Positions 59,189-64,000 of a DNA stretch of 64,000 nt are shown here, piece by piece (positions within the stretch are counted from its first letter, which is position 1; the number at the start of each line of letters is the position of its first letter). The DNA is taken from the NCBI RefSeq assembly GCF_009914755.1, contig NC_060932.1, one strand, 5' to 3'. The notes beneath the pieces are model-generated. The model saw only the letters and a program-made list of their open reading frames with translations. It searched no databases and was not told the DNA's origin. This DNA is from the human T2T-CHM13v2.0 reference genome, Homo sapiens. Position numbers and translations under genes: made by a program.

Positions 59189-60854
59189 TTAACTCTCTTT
59201 TGAATCTTGAGTTTCCAAAATGCCCATCAGGGAGCAGATCATGTTTCTACCACATAATATAGTAAAGGAGGTGGGGAAAATTGACCCCAGCCACAGAGAC
59301 CAATTTGGCATCATCTTAAATGGCCCTAATTGTGCCATGCATTGGTACAGTAATACACAAATTTGAATCAGGAACTTTTGAAGTTATTGCAATAGTCTAG
59401 GAATCCATATGCAAATCGTAAAAATATATAGTTGTATTTGACAAATGTTTTTCAAGCCTACACAAATATTATTGAGATTCATACAATCCAAATAGATTTA
59501 ATAGCATTACCAACTACTTTGGATTTTCCGCATTTTTTTTTAAACCAATGAATCTTGAAAGTTCAACCATTGTCAGGTTGGAAAAATGTGACAGATTTTT
59601 GAAATTAGAATGTAAAAACTTTGGGAACTATTGGAGTTCAAAAGTTTAAGGGCAACCTGTCAAAGAGTGGGTAGATGGTTAATGGATCCTGTGTGAACAG
59701 AAATACCATGAAGTTTCAATGTTCAACCGGCCATGTATGCAATGGATATATTCCCATGTCTAGCAGGTGGCTCATATTTTGTTGGGGCATGTTGTGACAA
59801 TATGAATTTTATTATTTGGGAATTTTTTCTTTCTCTGGAATACAGTTTTGAAAGTTTAAAGTAAGTGAATTAAAAAGTATGATTTGATTTATCAAAATGT
59901 ATTTATCAAGCACCTTTTAGAGAGCCTGTTTCCTTAGTAGCATAGTCTTGTAAACTCTCTCCAAGGCACAAAGAAATAGGCGCAAAGAAATAAGTCATAG
60001 TAGACTTATTTGTATTCCTCTATTTCAGTGGTCTGAGTCCCCTGTCCTGGCCCTTTGCTCTAGTATGGAGCTATCACTGGTATTTATCAAGGAGATTCAA
60101 AGAATAGTTGCAAAGGAGTATGGTCAAATGAGGCTAGAGATCTGAGCATCTACAGAACATGCGCCTCGGATAACCAAAGATACTTCCTTTCCTAAAGTTA
60201 TTCCTATATTTAAATTAGGCATTTAATTTAAATATAGGATTTAAATTATTGCTTGGTAAAATATTTCTTAGTTCTCTCTTTTTTTTTCCTTCGGAGAAGC
60301 TTTCCTTCCTCTAGTGTACTTTGCAGTCTTTTCCCTTTTCACTGTCAAATTACACAACCCCTTGGATGTCTTCCAAATCCCCTTGGGAGTTTATTTCATG
60401 GTTTAATACAGGATGACCCATTTTAAGCAGTTCCCTTTGAAAGTGTTGAACAGGAGCTGTTCAAATGAGTCACTCTCAGTTTGGGACGAGTGTAGTTATT
60501 TAATTTAATACCTTGGACCTGGAGAGATTGTTAGAAATGTCTAGATACTTCAATGGCACTACTTGAAGCAAAATGAAAATATCTACATATAATTGGAAAT
60601 ATCTAGTTTTACCCCAAACTTTATTCCAATTCCATACTATTTCTTATTGTTATATGTATATGTATGTATATATGCATATACTGTATATCTAATACATATG
60701 TATTTCTCACTAATACTATTTTTAATAATGTAAGGATTAAATTCAGAAAATGCACAATTTCATAAAGTATTCTATCTTACATAGGTAAGTCTTCATTGAT
60801 AGTTAGGTGTTGTTCAGAATAGACTAAATGCTGACATGGCTGAACTGAAGCTGA

Positions 60855-61284
<430 letters not shown>

Positions 61285-61753
61285 TGAAAATGGAGTTTTG
61301 GTGTTTCAGAGAGTACCACTGAAATGGACTTTGGTTTTATTGTAATTCCTCTGGTTATAGAACTTTATCCTATTATCTCCACAGGTCTCATCATAATTTT
61401 TCTTAAATTTAATGAATTCACATTTTGAAATCAAAGAAGTACAATTTACTTTAATTTACTCCTTTTATGGATTTAAATCAGGTTTTCAGATAGGATATTT
61501 TGCCCTCTGACAGGCATAAGGAAATACACTAAGGTAACTGAAGACCCAATTCAATTCATTTTACTAGCCATGATTAGGTTTTATCCTAAACTAAGCTTAG
61601 TTCAAACTCTGCGCATGATTCTTTGTCTGGGTTTACTATGGCAATGGTTACATTTTTCTCTTTCTATTTTTCAAAGGGCCGGCTGACTAAATTTTCTTTT
61701 TTCCATCTGGGGAAAAAGAGCAGATATTTGTTTCACATTAAGTTACTTTAGAA

Positions 61754-61918
61754 CAGCAGCTCTCAAACCTGAGTATGTGACAGAATCAACTGGGGGTCCC
61801 AACAGCCAGAATTTCTGATTGAAAAGGTCTGGGATAGGACCTAAGAATTTATCTTTTTAACAAGTTTCCACATGATGCTGATGCTGCCCCTCTGTGGGCT
61901 GCGCTTTGAGAAACCCCA
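61754..61918. mobile_element. MER5A-like hAT fossil
   Basis: CAGCAGCTCTCAAAC...CAGAATTTCTGATT...TTTTTAACAAGTTTCCACATGATGCTGATGCTGC...CTTTGAGAAAC. Confidence 0.85.
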
Positions 61919-62409
61919 CGGCTCAGGAGTGAACTCACCTTTCTAGACCCAGTGGTGCACATGGCATGGGAATACATCACTTCTCTCTGACTACATTGCC
62001 AAGATCTTATCTGTAACAAACAAACACATGCTCTCCTATCTCTTCATGAGCATGATGACAATGCTAACCTTCTGGCCTTCCCAACATACTTGAGTCATGC
62101 TTTAATCTTACAGCAGAGTGTTCTACCTGTATATCCACAGAGTGACTTAGGAGAGAAATGACAAGTTGTACAACTCTGATCATGTCTCCTTTGATTGATG
62201 ACAAATTTTCCACTGTCCTTACTAACAAATGAAGTTCAAATGTCTTGGCTTCACACTCAAGGTTCTCTACGAACTGGCCCCAATCGAATGTTTATTCTTT
62301 CATTCATATCCATTGAATGAATGTTTGGTGAGATTTGGCTCTCTACTCCCACCTTATATACAACTTCTCCCCTTCACCCATTTCATGATGTAATGAAGTT
62401 GAAATATTT

Positions 62410-62575
62410 GGTGGCTCATGCCTGTAGTCCCAGCTCCTTGGGAGGCTGATGTGGGAGGATCACTTGAGGCCAGGAGTTTGGGGCTGCAGTGAGCTATGAT
62501 TGCACCACTGCACTCCAGCCTGGGTGACAGAGAAAGACACAGTCTCTAAACAAATAAATAAAAATAAAATAAAAT
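62410..62575 (+). mobile_element. Alu monomer (FRAM/AluJ right-arm type)
   Basis: GGAGGATCACTTGAGGCCAGGAGTTTGGGGCTGCAGTGAGCTATGATTGCACC with an A-rich tail. Confidence 0.88.
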
Positions 62576-63710
62576 TGAAAATTTTATCTTTGTTTTCCTT
62601 TCCTTTTGGCATGCCTTCACTTCCACTGTTTTCACTGCAATTTTCTGTAAATGTGGGAAGTGATACCCCTTCAAATCTTAGGACTACAAGACAGTGTTCG
62701 TACAGCACCTAGCCTGCTGCCTGGCAGAATGTGCTCTTGATGAATGCTTGTTTTCCATTTTCTCTTTTCCTTTTCTTCATTCTCTTGGTGCTTCACCTGT
62801 GGGGTCGTGGTAAAGTCACCTTCTAACAATCGCTTTAGTTTGATTTATTTATATATCACTTCCTTAGTGTCTGTTTCATAAAATTTTTTATTTTTTTACA
62901 GGAGTAGCATTATGCCTTGAAGCTAGTAGATGCTTAATAAAAATGCCATATTACTCTTTTCTTACCAATACTTGGAAGTATAAGAATGTTTTATAAAGCT
63001 CTATGTTTTATAAATGTTTTATAAAGCTCTAAAAAATATTTATTGCCGGATTTTTAGATGCTTGAAAAAAAGAACAATTTGGATTTATTTACATTAAAAT
63101 TCAAAAATCACTGAGTTTTGCTCAAAGTTAGCTTTCACTTAGCCACTTTTCGAGAAAAATATAAATCATGTCCTGGTTATTGGAGTGACAAGAAATGGAG
63201 AGCACGCGCTGAAAGTGTGCTCAATGGAGTGGAGAGAATTGCAGTGGCAGGAGGTCCACCTGGCATCATTTGGCAGTTGACTAAATCATGGAAACTGGTG
63301 TAAGTGGCGTTTATCAAAATGGTTACCCAAGGAAAACAGTGAAGGTCATAGTTCTAAGCACTGTGCTGTCAATATCAATGCCTCCTTTATCCAGAAGCAG
63401 TGAAGTATGATGGGAAGAACCCAAAGAGAGTCAGAACAGGTTGGTTTCGTCCTGCTGCTGGTAGCTGTATAAACTTAGGCAAGTCTGAACACCTCTGAGA
63501 TTTGACTTTATTGAGCTGTATAATGAAGGATTTTGCCTAGTGAGCCATGTAATTTTCAGCTCAAATCTCTGATGCTCTGATTGTTCCTGCAAGACTAACT
63601 CTGCAAATAGGTAGACTCCCTATTTCCTTTTGCAGTATGCTTTTAAGAGAAGGCCTGAAGAAATCTCTAATCATTGCCCATTCCACATTGACCAAAATTG
63701 TCTGTCTAGA

Positions 63711-63937
63711 GCAGTTGTTCTCATTCAGGGGTATTTTTGCCTTCCAGAAGATATTTGTCAATGTCTGGACATTTTATGACTGTCACAGCTAGGGGGTGGG
63801 GGACAGAAATACTGGCATCTAATGGGGAGAGGCCAGAACTGTTGCTAACATCCTACAAGGCAAAAAACAGTATCCTTCTCCCCCACAAAAACTTGTTCAA
63901 CCAAAAATGTCAATAATGCCAAAATTAAGAATCTCTG
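63711..63937 (+). mobile_element. MER20 hAT-Charlie fossil
   Basis: CAGTTGTTCTCA...TTTGTCAATGTCTGGACATTT...ACTGGCATCTAATGGGGAGAGGCCAG...AAAATGTCAATAATGCCAAAATTAAGAATCTCTG. Confidence 0.88.
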
Positions 63938-64000
63938 GGGAGGAGCCAAGATGGCCGAATAGGAACAGCTCTGGTCTACAGCTCCCAGCGTGAGCGACGC
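63937..64000 (+). mobile_element. Intact extreme 5' end of a young L1PA (L1HS/PA2/PA3-type), continuing beyond the window
   Basis: GGGGAGGAGCCAAGATGGCCGAATAGGAACAGCTCTGGTCTACAGCTCCCAGCGTGAGCGACGC matches the recalled L1HS start except CCGG>CTGG. A YY1 site CAAGATGGCC is at 63947-63956 and an endonuclease-type TT/AAGA at 63925-63930. Confidence 0.95.

Noticed and set aside
59760-59773. CTCF-like CTAGCAGGTGGCTC (and a weaker one at 3255-3268)
   Set aside because: It has mismatches at informative positions and cannot be supported without ChIP data.
62984-63031. Short ATGTTTTATAAAGCTCT duplication
   Set aside because: It is low-complexity AT-rich slippage with no sign of function.

Overview
This is primate, most likely human, genomic DNA inside the TOX gene (thymocyte selection-associated HMG box), transcribed on the minus strand. 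The only supportable coding sequence is one 282-nt internal exon at 738-1019. It has phase 0/0, begins exactly at an ATG, and encodes MPDIRNPEG...EGDDTSK, just upstream of the NLS/HMG box. The rest is intron: over 62 kb of the upstream intron plus the first 737 nt of the downstream intron. The intron holds Alu, L1 (young and old), L2/MIR/CR1, MaLR LTRs, hAT/Tigger fossils, microsatellites and some repeat-free, enhancer-like blocks. I found no evidence for a new gene or self-contained novel system. The most testable idea is that the young L1PA whose intact 5' end starts at about 63937 has an antisense promoter pointing into TOX and could splice to the ATG-starting exon, giving an N-terminally truncated TOX. 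Repeat subfamily names come from recalled consensus sequences, and boundaries of old repeats are approximate.
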